NCBI RefSeq assembly: GCF_009914755.1 | Contig: NC_060930.1 | Direction: 5' to 3' (one strand) | DNA: 64,000 bases | DNA from: the human T2T-CHM13v2.0 reference genome, Homo sapiens | Shown: piece after piece, positions 1 through 14,673 of the stretch | How positions within the stretch are numbered: the first letter of the stretch is position 1 | Layout: the number at the start of each line of letters is the position of its first letter | The notes under the pieces: model-generated | The model's input: the letters and a program-made list of their open reading frames with translations, nothing else | The model's database searches: none | Told to the model about the DNA's origin: nothing | Made by a program: the position numbers and the translations under genes

Positions 1-649
1 GTTTGCAGAATTTGCTGGCCTCATGTTGCTATGGTAACAAGTGCATTTACTTTTTCAGTAGATTCAGTATACCGTTTTTTGAAGGAAGGTTAGCCATTTG
101 TTTCTAGGGCTGAAACTGCCTTTTTTCTTTTTGATTGATCTGAGAAAAAAGATTACTAATTGGGATGCAACTCTCTGAAGAGGAGGTGGCTTTGGTTTGC
201 TGTATTGGATTCCAGTATGTTCAGATAAATGAATTCATTGGTAGTTCTACTTAATTTTGTAAACATTTAGTGAATATTTTCATAAATTATTTTTAATTAC
301 CAGAATTTAATATACTAAATTTTTTTTTGGAACCTAAAAACATATTGGGCGTAAGTATTGGTGTTGTATGATAATCGAGACTTTCTTTGGCACTGAGATG
401 ATATAGTGGTAGGGAATTCTTAAAGGAACTTGTCCTGAGTTTTCTTCAGCATTGCTAGCTACAATTTTCTGTCAGTTGAGAGAATGCATGTAAAATAAGC
501 AGCAAATCTGTAAAGTAGTTAGCATTTTCTTTCAGTGCTTTATTAACATTTCAGTGTAAATAAATGGAAAAAAAATGAGAAGAGATACTGAAACTTCTAT
601 TTAGAAGGACATTAACTTTTGTGAGAGAGGAATTTGCTTTTTTTTTAAA

Positions 650-812
650 AAAAATTGAGGTATAATAAATGCATTCATTAAAAATGAACAGATTCGTGAA
701 ACCATTATCACAACCAAGATTTAGGACATTTCCGTCATCTCTCAGGTATGCACCTGCCCTTTTGCAGTTCATCCTTTCCCTATTCGTGGCCCCAGGCAGT
801 CACTAATTTGTT
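650..812 (-). mobile_element. Old L1 3' UTR fragment (L1MB/MC/ME type)
   Basis: attgaggtataat...accattatcacaaccaagatttaggacatttcc...ccccaggcagtcactaat resembles an antisense L1M 3' end. Confidence 0.55.
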
Positions 813-814
813 GG

Positions 815-1105
815 ATTTTTTTTTTTTTTTTTGGGCACAGGTTCTGGCTCTTTTGCCAGGCTGGAGTGCAGTGGGTTGATTTCGCTGCAACCTCCACTTC
901 CCGGGCTTAAGTGATCCTCCCAACTCAGCCGCCCGAGTGACTGGGTCTACAGGCACACGTCACCACACCTGGCTAATTTTTGTATTTTTTTTTTGTAGAG
1001 ACGGGGTTTCGCCTTGTTGCCTAGGCTGGTCTCCAACTCCTGGGCTCTAGTGATCTGCCCACTTCCCGAAGTGCTAGGAATACAGGCATGAGCCACTGGG
1101 CCTGG
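815..1105 (-). mobile_element. Alu (AluJ-like)
   Basis: Poly-T, then gccaggctggagtgcagtgg ... gagccactgggcctggc. Confidence 0.9.
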
Positions 1106-1169
1106 CAGGAAAATTGTTTTTAAAGAGCCCTTAATGAGTCAGATCATCCCAGCCCTTAGCTCAGTGTGA

Positions 1170-1400
1170 AAGGGTAACACTTATTAATGGGTATGGGCTG
1201 TGGAGCTTGAAACCCAGGCTAGAATTTTGGCTCTGTTTTGTGACTTTGGGGAAGACATTTAAATTATTCAAGTGCATTTTTTTAAATAATGCGAGGATGT
1301 TAATAGACCCTGTTTATTATTGGGGCTTAAATTATATAAATGTTGGTTAAATGTTTTGTACAGTATGACATATATAACTAGTGAATGTTAGCATGTATCT
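1170..1400 (+). mobile_element. MIR fragment
   Basis: ggctctgttttgtgactttggggaagacatttaa...gtgaatgttagc resembles the MIR core and tail. Confidence 0.45.
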
Positions 1401-2481
1401 GAAATTCTTCCCTCATTTTTATAGGGGGAGAGAATTCAAGACTAGTTTGAGGAAATTTTGTTAAATTTGGAGCTAATCTCAAAAATCTTGGAATTAAGGA
1501 GCCCAGGATGTTATAGGTTAATCACTGGGACTTTTTGTTAAATTAATATTAACTTTTTTCGGTTGACTTTCCACCCCCTAAAATATGTTGATTCAGTTTT
1601 CTCTCAAACTGGTTTAACTTAATTGTTTTAACTTTTCATAATTGAGGCTCCTGTAGAGCTTTGAAATGACTTTGCTGAGCAATGTAGGTACAATTCAAAT
1701 GGGAGACTAACTTGATACTTGTATAGACCACACATAACTAAAATAAATCTAAATACATGATGTAGATTGTCTTTGTGTCATTTATCTTGTTTTTATCCTA
1801 TAAGGGGGCCTTGAAAAAAGGTGTGTTTGTGCACATCTTTGTGTGTGTGTGTAGTCTTTTAAGTTTTGATTTGTTGGGTTAATAGTTTCTTTTTCATTTT
1901 CCACCTCTTCCCCCACAATAAAAGCCCTTTGTCTATATATATATTACCTTTCTTTAAATAATTTTAATACTTTGTAAATAAAACAAGCCTACTTTATGGT
2001 TTTAATAGGTATGGGATAAAAATTTAAAATATTTGATTTTAGCTCTTTTATGTGGACTTATTGTAAAAGCAGTGTCTGATGCTTAATTTGTGAAAAGGTT
2101 GTGGTTAAAAACAATAGTTTTTATGCTTTAAGCCATGTAATTCTTTTGTATGTGTCAAGTTAATGGACTATATACATAGTTTTTTTTTCCTAAAAATAAT
2201 GAACTGAGTAAACATTTAGTAGGATTTCTGGTAAAATGATATACTACATGCATGATGAAGAAACATTATTTAGTAAAGATTCGTTCTACATTTCCAAATG
2301 TATATTCTAAAAACAAGTGAGGATTTTTTTTTTAAACAACAATTCAGAAATACCTTAAGTGTGTTCTTAGACTCAAAACTATTAAAATAATTTGGTATTA
2401 GGTGATTTTCAATTGATAGCTTTATTTCTTATGGTATTTTTTTTGTCTTTCTATAGGGCTGAAAGACACACAGAAGTCTTC

Positions 2482-2725
2482 ATGGATATAGTTGATACAT
2501 TTAATCATTTAATTCCTACTGAACACTTAGATGATGCCCTATTTCTAGGATCCAACCTGGAGAATGAAGTCTGTGAGGATTTTAGTGCAAGTCAAAATGT
2601 CTTAGAGGACTCGCTGAAGAACATGCTCAGCGATAAGGATCCTATGCTAGGATCTGCAAGTAACCAGTTCTGTTTGCCTGTTTTGGATAGCAATGATCCC
2701 AATTTCCAGATGCCTTGTTCAACAG
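2482..2725 (+). CDS. PHF3: PHF3 first coding exon (exon starts 2457; ATG 2482), aa 1-82
   Basis: Acceptor tttgtctttctatag|G at 2456/2457; MDIVDTFNHL...FQMPCST; donor CAG|gtaatt at 2725/2726; phase 1. Confidence 0.96.
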
Positions 2726-2961
2726 GTAATTCTTACTTTTTTTTTTTTTTTTTTTTTAGTCTGCAATTTAAAATAAAAAAATTTTCAGCAGCTTTTTCTT
2801 TTTTCTTTTTTTCTTTTTTTTTTTTTTAATGAGGAGGGTAGTAAATTTAGGGTTATTTCCTTTGAATTTAGAGCTTCTTTTCCAGGCATCAGAATTAAAA
2901 TTTAAACTAAATTTTCTTCCAAGGAGTGTGGAGTTATCCTCAAGGATATTATGGATATAGG

Positions 2962-3110
2962 TAGGGTGACCATATAATTTATTATCCAGTATGGGACACT
3001 TACTAGAATTACAGAGAGTACTTTAATAATTACATCATGACAACAGGTGTAAATTGGGACTCTTTAGTAAATAGGGATTGCCCGGCAAATTGAGACATGT
3101 GGTCACCTTA
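2962..3110. mobile_element. hAT-Blackjack MITE (MER94-like)
   Basis: Terminal inverted repeats TAGGGTGACCA ... TGGTCACCTTA. Confidence 0.7.
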
Positions 3111-3254
3111 GGCCTGCTGGAGTCGGGGGATGGCTGAATTGACCTTTCTCAGCATACCTCCCAGCCCCTGAAATATTTACATTGTTTGCTCCCATTTCAC
3201 CTCCTTTGGTATTTTGTACATGTATCTTAAAACCAGAGAAAGAACTCTATACCT

Positions 3255-3551
3255 CTGCTGCCCTGGACAGTAAACACTAGCCACATGTCATTTGCAATGA
3301 GTCTGGTCGCTTGCAATGAGTCTGGTCCTAATTGAGATGTGCTATAAAATGCACATTAGATTTTGAAGACTCAGTATGAAAAAAAGTTAAAAAATATTTC
3401 TTCAATTTTTTTATGTTGCTTATGTGCTGAGGTGATATTTTGGATATTTGTGGTTAAAATTTATGTCACTTGTTTTGTTTTTTTTGCCTTTTTAAAAGTG
3501 ACTACTTGAAAATTCAAAATTACATATGTGTCTTATATTTCTGTTGGACAG
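3255..3551. mobile_element. hAT-Charlie non-autonomous element (MER33-like)
   Basis: cactagccacatgt...aattgagatgtgcta...ttagattttgaagactcagtatg...atttctgttggacag. Confidence 0.6.
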
Positions 3552-5008
3552 AAAAGGGTCTGTAGTTGAAGTAACTGAAAGACTGAAGATAGTAATTTTC
3601 TGTAAGGCTAAACTATCCTTAATAAGAAATTACTTTGTCATGTTAATGTATAAAAAACAGTTTTTCTTTTATAAAGCAGAGAAAATATTACTGTAAACGT
3701 TGTGGCAATTACTAATAGCTATTCTGTGAGTAAAATTATAGGTAAAGGTAAAATCAGCCTCCCATGGAACAGTAAGGTTTTCCCTCACCATTCCCTAGAG
3801 TAAATAGTTCTCAGGTTTATGTGATGTTGGTTTGTTTTTCATTGACTAGACTTTTTCTCCTGTACAGTTTGTTCAGCATATTTTTCATTTTTTAAAACAT
3901 TTTCTATGTATATTTTAAATTTAATACGGCAATACTTAAAGTTGGGAATAGGTGGTCTGCTGTTGGCCCTTAAGTTTGCCAGGTTACTCTGCCTGAGGAC
4001 CTCAACACTGGCTACTAGGAAGCTTCATTTTAACAACTTAAAACTGAGGTCTTTTGAATTGCTTGCTAATAGTGTATCTCTGAATTATTTATATTATGTT
4101 GTGTTATTACTTAGGTTTACATTGTTCTGTTGTTGTATTCTAAATGTTTTAAAGCTTTTAAAATTTTGTTTTATGTATGCATTGTTCAAGTTTTTTACTT
4201 TGGTGCTTGTGTCAGTATAGTAGCTCTAATTATCTTTATTTTTAAGCATTTTTGACAGTGTTTGGTTGTATGCTGACTGTTTCCTAGTTTAGTCCAAATT
4301 CAGGAAGAACATTTATTTAATATTAACATGGTTGTTGCTGGAACTCCAGTTACCTTCAAGGGTGGTTATATTGGATGTGGAACTGACACATGTGTCATCT
4401 TGTTAGACTATTTTACTTATAAAATTCCACCCCTATAGTAATACCTGTATTCCTACTTCCTGTCCTTTTTTAAAAATTGATTTCTGTTGATAATGAAAAG
4501 TTTTTATTAATGTGAAAAATCTCTTCAGTTTTGTTGTACATTTCTTTTGCTAATAGAAGACTTAGAGCACCTTTATGAAGTACATAGAAATTTTTTGAGA
4601 TACGATTTATTATTCGTTTGTGATTCTGTTATCTTTTAAATGAACTTTTAAATTTAGGAACTTAAATTACTTCCTAAATTTTCTGATATTAAAATTTGGT
4701 TACTAGAATTATTTATCTTTGATTCTGTAGCAGAATGTTTGTATTGGTATATGTATAGTGTATATGTTTTTAAGATATGTAAGGAAATATGTGGGGGAAA
4801 CTTAATAAGGCTTTTCTGTTTAGGATTGTTTAAATTTCATTGTGCCATCTAGCAGGGGATTTATCTTGATTTCTTCAAAGTTCTTTTCCTTTTGGGATAT
4901 TTGGGTCAGTAAAAGGCCCACACATTTTCTGAAAGCAAAATGGAAAACATTTTTGAAAAAAAATTTAACTTTTTGTTAGATTTAAGAGATAATTGCAAAA
5001 AAGAAATC

Positions 5009-5010
<2 letters not shown>

Positions 5011-5043
<33 letters not shown>

Positions 5044-5177
5044 TTCATTTATTTTGGTAGAGACAGGGTCTTGTTATATTGCCCAGGCTGGTCTCTTAAC
5101 TCCTGGCCTCAAGCTATCCTCCGGCCTATGTCTCACAGAGTGCTGGGATTACAGGTGTGAGCCACTGTGCTTGGCCT
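5011..5177 (-). mobile_element. Alu monomer (FLAM-like) with (TTTA)n tail
   Basis: Target-site duplication GAAATCTTATT at 5003-5013 and 5180-5190. Confidence 0.85.
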
Positions 5178-7250
5178 GGGAAATCTTATTGTAATTATTG
5201 ATGAAAACCCTGTGTGGACAGGAACTTTCAGCTATTTATAAATAACTTCAGCTGTTTTTAAATAAAAACAACATAGTTCTTGCCCAGATTGTTGTTTCTG
5301 GCACAATGGGCTTTTACTAGCTGTTTTCATTGAAGCTAAGCAGGGAAATAATCCTATATGTATTCCTTAGACCAATGAAAGCTATAGACTGTGGCTATTT
5401 TGTAACCTTAGTGCTAAAATTAGCTACCAAAATAATTGCTACATCATCTTTTCTGTTATGATGAACCAGGCTGGTTTCGGACCAGTATTTTTGTTGTTGA
5501 CATAGTGATTTGGATTGTATTTCAGCTGTCTCAAAAAATCATAGTTTTAGAAAATTATAAAAATAAGAAACATAGAAGATTACGTTTAGTGCTCTGTTGG
5601 ATACACAAAAGTTGGGATGCCAGTTGTTTTATTTTGAGAGAAAGCAGCCAGCTTTCTTCTTTGAATGCTTTTGACTGTGTCAAGTATTACTTCATCTAAT
5701 TGTAGTGTTTGCATATGGTTTTTAGATGTGCCCATTAATATATTTTTTTAACCTCTAGCAAGTAAGCAAAAGAGTATTTTCCCAAGTAACAGGTTTGAGA
5801 TAGTGAATATACTGTTTATATATACCACTTGAGGAGTGTATTCAAAATCACTGAAATGGTGTTTACTGGCAGTATCAGTGTTATGAAGAAATGTTTATTT
5901 TATCTCTCATTTTACAAACAAATGTGTTCCCTTTTTACATTGACAGCTAAGCTATGATTCATAAGTGTGGAACAATCTTGTGTTTACAATCCATTTCTTA
6001 ATATGGTATATTGAAAATAAATGTTCAGTGGCTGTAAGTTGATATCTTTAGTTTTTACAATATAGTTCAACATTGTTTTAAGACCAACAAAACAGACATA
6101 CTGTAGAAACATGAGCCTTTCATTCAGATAGCACTCTTATCTGCTACTGTAGGTTACTACTTGCAGCTACTGCATCCTTCAGTGAAACCAAGATGTCCTT
6201 TCAAGGCTGCATTATGGCTAGCAAAATCATCATTCACTTAATTAAAAAAAAATTCTCTAGTATGGTTTTTGGAGGTTAAGCAAATTAAAAAGTCATTGAA
6301 CTCTTACAGGTATCCCAAATATTTGGGAAGAGTTGATTCATATTGTGTAATTGAGTATTTTTTCAAGTAAAGGAAAACACCTGCTTACATCACATGTTGC
6401 TTTCCTATCATAAATGACATTGATATTATATGACATCAAGCAGTGTTGTTCGATAGAATTTTTACTTGCACTGCTTTCAAGCAAAGTGTTGTAATACTTG
6501 TAATATATGTTAAGACTAGTTTTACAATTAGTAAAACTATCAGTAATAGTGTGATTTAGTCCCTTTTTTGGCATATGAATTTTAAACTTTAGTCATACCT
6601 AGTTTGAGGCTCCTTTATCACTAGACAATTCATCTATGTAATATTGGAAAAATTATATTGCACTTGTTCTGGAAAAAAGGTTTGGTGTACCAGTGTGTCA
6701 CAGATTTGTTTAAAAAGTTTTGGGTTTTATGGCTTTGTGTTTCTCTTGGACAGCATTTCAATCAGACAGTACATTGAACTAAACGTAGTGGCTCTCTGGT
6801 CTAGTGAAATTCAGTTTTCAGATATTTATTACTCCCTATTTGTACTTTCTTGGGGGTTGGTGGGGCTATTTGTGCATATTAATTAGATCTCTGAATCCAA
6901 CTACACATATAAGTTCATTATATATCTTCACTGGAGTCTTGACTGTTTTTGTTTATTATTAGTTGATTTTTTTAAAGCTTCTGTGCTTCAATGAACCTTT
7001 TACATTAATAACTTATTTTTGAGAATCGAGTTTTAAAAAATTGTTTTTGACACATAATTGTACGTATTTGTGGGGTACAGTAATATTTTTATGCATGTGT
7101 ACAATACGTAATGATCAAATTAGGTTAATTTGCATATTTATCAGCTCAAATATTTGTCATTTCTTTGTGTTAGGAACATTCAAAAGTTGCCCTTCTAGCT
7201 ATTTGGAAATGCACAATAAATTGTTAATTGTAGTTACCCTGTAGTGTTAA

Positions 7251-7596
<346 letters not shown>

Positions 7597-8925
7597 GTTG
7601 TGATTTTGTATCCATTAACAAACTTTTGGCTATTCCCCCTGCTCCTTCCCCTTCCCCAACTCTGGTAATCACTATTGTACTGTCTACTTGTGTGAGCTCA
7701 ACTCTTTTGCTGCTATATATGAGTGAGAGCATGCGGTATTTATATTTCTGTGCCAGGCTTATTTCACCTAATGTCCTAGAGCTCATCTGTGTTCCCATAA
7801 TGGCAGAATTTTGTTCTTTTTTAATGGTTAGTTAGTATTCCATTGTGTATATATATACCACATTTTCTTATTCATCCACCTGTTGGTAGACACTTAGGTC
7901 GATTTCGTATTATGGCTATTGTTAATAGTGCTGTAATAAACATGGGAGTGCAGAGATACTGATTTCTTTTCCTTTGGCTATTTATGCCCAGTGGTGGGAT
8001 TGCTAGATCATATGGTAGTTCTGTTCTTAGTTTTTTGAGGAACTTCCATATGTTTTCCATAATGACAGTACTGATTTACATTCCCTCCAAGAGTGTGTAA
8101 GAGTTCCCCTTTCTCCATATTCTTGCCAGTGTTTATTATTTTTTATCTTTTTGATAATAGCCATTCTAAATGGGATGAGATGATATCTCATTGTAGTTTT
8201 GATTGGCATTTCCCAGATGATTAGTGATGTTGAGCATTTTCTTCGTATGCCTGTTAGTCATTTGTATGTCTATTTTGAAAGATGTCTTTTCAGCTTATTT
8301 GCTCATTTAAAAAATTGGATTGCTTTTTTGTTGTTGTTGTTGTTTGAGTTCCTTATATATTCTGGATATTAATCCCTTGTTGGATGGCTCAGTAGCAAAT
8401 ATTTTCTCCCATTCTGTAGGTTTCTCTTCACTCTGTTTATTGTTTCCTTTGCTGTCCAGAGCTTTTTAGTTTGATCTAATCCCAATTGTCTGCTTCTGCT
8501 TTTATTGCCTGTGCTTTTGAGGTCTCCATAAAATTTTTGCACAGACCAATGTCCTAAAGCATTTCTCCCATTTTCTTCTGGTAGTTTCTTAGTTTTGGAT
8601 CTTACATTTAAGTCTTTAATCCATTTTGAGTTGATTTTTGTATATGGAGAGAGATGGGGTTTAGTTTCGTTTTTCTGCACATAGATATCCAGTTTTCCTA
8701 GCACCATTTGTTGAAGAGATTATTCCTTCCCAAATGATTGTTTTGGTGCCTTTGTTGAAAATCAGTTGGTTATAAATATGTGGATTCATTTCTGGGTTTC
8801 TTTTTCTGTTCCATTGGTGTGTATGTCTGTTCTTAGGCCAGTACCATGCTGTATTGGTTATCATAGCTTTGTAGTATATTTTGAAGTCCAGTAGTGTGAT
8901 AACTCCAGCTTTATTATTATTATTA

Positions 8926-9191
8926 TTTTTTGCTCAGGATTATGTTGGCTAGTTTTTTTTTTTTTTGTGGTTCTGTGTATTTTTTTTTGTGTGTGTGGTT
9001 TTGGGGATTTTTTTTTCTATTTCTGTAAATAATGTTACTGGTATTTTGGTAGGCATTGCATTTTTTGCTCAGGATTATGTTGGCTAGTTTTTTTTTTTTG
9101 TGGTTCTGTGTATTGTTTTTTTTGTGTGGTTTTGGGGATTTTTTTTTCTATTTCTGTAAATATTGTTACTGGTATTTTGGTAGGCATTGCA
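8926..9191 (+). repeat. ~133-bp tandem duplication inside L1
   Basis: ttttttgctcaggattatgttggctag...ggtaggcattgca occurs twice (8926-9060, 9061-9191). Confidence 0.9.
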
Positions 9192-10816
9192 TTGAATCTA
9201 TACACTGCTTTTGGTAGGTAATGTGGTCATTTTCACAATATTCTTCTAACCACGAACGTTGGATGTCTTTCCATTTTTTGATGTGTGTTCTCTTTAATTT
9301 CTGTTATTAGTTTTTTTTGTAGTTGTCCTTGCAGAGATCTTTAACCTCTTGCTTAAATTTATACCAAAGTGTTCTACATTTTTCGGTGAGTAGGATTGCT
9401 TTCTTGATTTTTTTCCCCACTAGTTTATTTTGGTATATAGAAATGCTGCTGACTTTTGTATGTTTATTTTGTATCCTACAAGTTTAATGAATTTGTTTAT
9501 AAGTTCTAACAGTGCAGATGTACAGTTTGACTTCTTCCTTTCCAATTTGGATGTCCTTTATTTAATATTTTTTTCTTTTGCTTAATTGCTTGGGCTAGGA
9601 CTGCCAGTACTGTGTCGAATGAAAATGGGCATCCTTGTCTTGTTTCAGATGTTAGAGGAAAAACTTTCAACTTTCCCCCATTTAGTATGATGTTGACTGT
9701 GGTTTGTCATGCCTTTATTGTGTTGAGATATGTTTATTTTATACCTAACTTGTTGAGAGTTTTTATTGTGAAGGGATGTTGAATTTTATCACTTACGCTT
9801 TTCCTGTGTCTATTGAGATGATCATACTGTTTTTGTTCTTCATTCTGTTGATGTGATGTATCACATTTATTGATTTCATATGTTAAACCATTCTTGCATT
9901 CCTGGGATAAATGCTACTTGATTGTGGTGAGTGATCTTTTTAATGTGCTGCTGGATTCAGTTTGCTAGGATTTTTGCATTTATATTAATCAGGGATATTG
10001 GCCTCTAATTTTCTTTTTTTGTTGTGTTTTTGTCTGGTTTTGGTATCAGGGTACTGTTAGCCACACAGAATGGGTTAGGAAGAATTCCCTCCTCTTCAAT
10101 TTTCTGGAAGAATTTGAGAATTGGTATTTGTTCTTTAAATGTTTGATAGAATTCTGCAGTGAAGACTGGGTCCTGGGCTTTTCTTTGATGGGAGACTTAT
10201 TATTACAGAGACAATCATGGTTGAACATGAAAAATACAAATTTAATACGTGTAGCCATGCAGATGAGATGGAAATACATTGGTTAAGACAAAGTATATAC
10301 TTTTTATCAAATGTTGAACAAGATGAACTGATGAACCTTGTAAGCACATACATACCCTTTAAGAATAAAAATTTCTGTAAGATTGATGATTAAGATTACA
10401 TATCATTTTGAGTTTTACGTAGAGAGGTTCAGATGAATGTGGAGTATGTTTTGAAGAGAGCAAAAGATAAAAGAGAGGTAAACACTTCATAGAATTAGAG
10501 CTGTAACTTAGGGAAGAAGAGGAAATGCCAAAAGATCGAAAGAGTATGACCTAGTAGCTGCCATAGATATTTGGAAGTTTATCATATTGATAAGAGATTT
10601 GACTTCTTTATGAATAAAAGGGAAAGACCTAGGTCCCTTAGGCAGCAGTTAGAGGGAGGCAGAGTTTAAGTGGCTAAAAGGGGGAACTTGTGGTTCTCCA
10701 AAATGGAATAATAGGTTCCCTGGCTGGGCATATAGGATTTTCGCTTTTGCTGGTTATGACCCGTTGACTGAGGTGTTTCAGTGGGGATTCAGGCATCAGA
10801 TAGTTATTTGTATTAG

Positions 10817-11476
<660 letters not shown>

Positions 11477-11734
11477 TAAATTATCCATGAAACTGTTATT
11501 TCTTTTTATAAAAAGAAATACAAATGATTTTTTATGTTCACTTTAGTCCTAAGTTTTATTGGTAGGCTTTATGTATTTCATAGCTTCTTTAAATTATATG
11601 CAATATAGCTTAAAAGCACAGTGGTAACTACTACATTTATATAAGCAGCTTTAATTGCTCTCAGTTCGGTTTGTTTCTTGTTGTTTTATTTCTTATGCTT
11701 TTTCTGGGTTATAGACTGCTGTTCTATGTAGATA

Positions 11735-11876
11735 TTTCTTCTTTTTCTTTTTTTGTTGCAGTGTTGGGGTTTTGCTATGTTGCCCAGGCTGGTCTTGAAC
11801 TCCTGGGCTCAAGCCATTCTGCCGCCTTGTCCTCTCAAAGTTCTGGGATTACAGGCATGAACCACTGTGCCCGGCC
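11735..11876 (-). mobile_element. Alu monomer (FLAM-like)
   Basis: Left-arm sequence only; degenerate TSD tagatatttct / tagacatttct. Confidence 0.8.
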
Positions 11877-13223
11877 CTGCTTTAGACATTTCTAATAGAT
11901 TGTGCAGTTCTTTTCAAATATTTTTCCATAGTCATTGCTGCAGCCATCCTTAATAACAAAAGTAACAATTGAACTCAGAGTTAAAACATACACATCTTTT
12001 AATGTAAACACTAAAGTATCACTTTATAAATTCAGAAAATCCAGAGTAGGGAATTTCTGGCCCAAGGCCGGAGCTTTCCAGTTGAAGTCTTTATTTTGCA
12101 TATTCTGTGGCTTTTCTGTTTTAGTTCTACTTGCTTACATTTATTTTTGCTTTCCATAGCTTGACATAATATAAAACTGAATATATCTTAGTTGTACTTT
12201 GCATTGACTATTTAATTTTTTGTCTTTTTAACTTAAAATGTGAAATAAAATTAATCTTGTCTTCATTACTGTATCTCTGATAGTTTTTGTTTCTTCATCT
12301 GTTGCTTAAATTTATTCCATTGTATTACTGAAACCCTAAAAAAACCAAGACACCTTGGACCAAGACTAGTACAGTTTTTATTCTAGTACAGTTGCTGACT
12401 GTGTGTTTGTATGTGTGTTTGTATAAACTTGCATTTCTGTGCTGTTACAAGAGACTTCTTTTTCCAAGATTTTGAGCCTACTATTGGTCTATTGAATTCA
12501 TTTTTCCCCTGGAGATTTGTTGCCCAGAGCCCCCTGAGTTTGTCATTTTCTAGGCATGTTATACATCTTCTGTCTCTGAGCTTTACTGCTCTCCTTGATT
12601 AGAGCTGTTGTTTCCCTGTATTCGATCTTCTTTATTTTTTATCTATACCCTCTTTCTTTGTTGAAGTCCTTGGTAATTTTCTAATACTCTCATACTTGAG
12701 TAATGATTTGGTTTTACATAGAATCCAAAGTTGAATATCACTTTTCCTTCAAATTTTAACTCATTGTTTCTTAGCCATCTAGCATTTAATATTGCTGCTG
12801 TGTTGCCTGATACTTATATAAGGCTTGCTGCATTGTTAGGTTGCCTTTCCTCCAACCCAGTTTAGGATCTTCTCTTTACCTTTTGATGTTCTGAAATTGC
12901 AGTGATGTATCTGCATTAGCCTTTCATTTATTTCCCTGGGCACTTGGTGGGCCTTTTCAATTTGGAGTGTGTTCTCTTCAAGTCTGGGAACTTTTCTTGT
13001 GTTTTCTCTGCAAACTCCTGGAAGACAGATGTTGGCTGGTGCTTTTTACGTATTTCTTGTGTCTTTCCAACATTTTGCTTTATGTCTTTCTAGATGCTTA
13101 TTGCCATATTTTCCACCTCTTTGGATATTTCATTTTGACAAATATTTTACTGTTGCTAAGAATTCTTTCATGTATTCTCTTTATTCCATGTTTTTAGTAG
13201 TAGTCTATTCTCAAAGGGATATA

Positions 13224-13674
13224 CAGTAGGCTCTTGAATAATGTGGGATTTAGGGTCACAGAGCCCCCATTCTTTGCATTCAGAAATTCGCATATAACTT
13301 TTATCTTCCCCCAAACTTAAGTACTAATAGCCTATGTTGACTGGAAGCCTTACTGATAGCAGAAACAGCTGATTAACACATATTTTGTACATTATATGTT
13401 ATGTGTATTATCTACTGTATTCTTACAATAAAGTACACTAGAGAAATGTCATGAAGAAAATCATCAAAAAGAATATGTATTTAATATTCATTAAGTGGAA
13501 GTGGATCATTAAAAAAGTCTTCATCTTCATCTTCATGTTTAGTAGGTTGTGGAGGAGGAGGAAGAACAGGGGCTAGTGGCTAGTCTTGCTGTCGCACAGG
13601 TGGCAGAGGTAGAAGAAAATCGATGTATAAGTGGAACTGCGCAGTTCAAACCCATGTTGTTCAAGGGTCAACTG
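13224..13674 (-). mobile_element. Tigger2a/MER28-like DNA transposon
   Basis: TIRs cagtaggctcttgaataa ... ttgttcaagggtcaactg; internal sequence matches the recalled Tigger2a consensus. Confidence 0.8.
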
Positions 13675-14599
13675 AATAAATCTCTCTTTATATATAGTCT
13701 GAATTAATTTTCCTATTTGTTTATTTTGATCTTTCTCATAGTACTGTGTGCTTTCCCCAAAGGTCAGATTATTTTTGGTTGGTTGTTAATATTTACAGTG
13801 AATAGGAAATCTAGTCAAGTTTTGCTGTGGGATAAGTAGGCTTTAGATAGATAGCCTGAGGTTATTTTGGGGAACCAGGGTGAGAAGTACCTTATCATTA
13901 GATGGTAACTGTCCTATTTCCTTCAGTTCATTCAATTTAAGTTCAGGGTTAAGAAAATACTTTCTCTTACTTTGAGTTCAATGCTTGGTTGTAGGCCTTG
14001 CTGGGTATTCAAGTAGGGGAAGAGATGAGGTTGACCTCTCAGTATTAAAGTATTAAGGCTTTCAGTTAATCCTTATGTCTAGCCCAGCTCACTACTTATA
14101 CCATCTATCATTTCATTTTTAGAGATTCTAAAAGTTAGACAAGGTTGTTCACAACTTCTTAAGCTTCAGCTCCTTTGGACTCTAGGCTATGACTTTTTCA
14201 TGCTCTGTTTTAGTAATCTTTTCTGTTCAGTTTTCTCTTCATCTCCTAGAATTGTATTTAAATCTTTCATTTGCTTTTGGTCTTCTTTTTATTCACTTTG
14301 TTGTTACAGGTTTTTACCTTCTGTTTCTTCTCATTTTAATGGGATTTGGGGGTGGGGAGAGAAATAAAGATGTACAAAGTCTGCCATATTGAACCAGTGA
14401 CTCTTTTAATTAAGTCATAATAAATATAAAATTTCTGGCATCCAGTAATTTTTACTTAGGGATTTTGGAACCCTCTCTGTTGTTACCTTGATGTTTATTT
14501 CTTTTATGGTGTGTTTGCATTACTTTCCTTGCTTTCAGATTTTTTCATCTGTTAGTAATATTAATTTTGTGTTAGTAATAAAGCTATTAACAAACTTCA

Positions 14600-14638
14600 C
14601 TGAGTTTGCAAGGTTTTCCAGAGAAACAGAACCAATAG

Positions 14639-14673
<35 letters not shown>

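Noticed and set aside
1-2456. Possible PHF3 promoter upstream of the ATG exon
   Set aside because: No CpG island, and the exon begins with a normal splice acceptor, so the main promoter should lie upstream of the window.
2392-2829. 145-aa ORF taken as a single protein
   Set aside because: Only 2482-2725 is exonic; the flanks are acceptor pyrimidine tract and intronic poly-T that translate as Phe runs.
3292-3327. TTGCAATGAGTCTGGTC repeated twice; similar short doublets at ~55248-55290, ~56411-56501 and ~61044-61111
   Set aside because: Two-copy slippage duplications with no spacer array, so not CRISPR-like and with no sign of function.
7872-8864. L1 ORF2-like ORFs as an active retrotransposon
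   Set aside because: Fragmented by stops and frameshifts, 5'-truncated and interrupted by an Alu.
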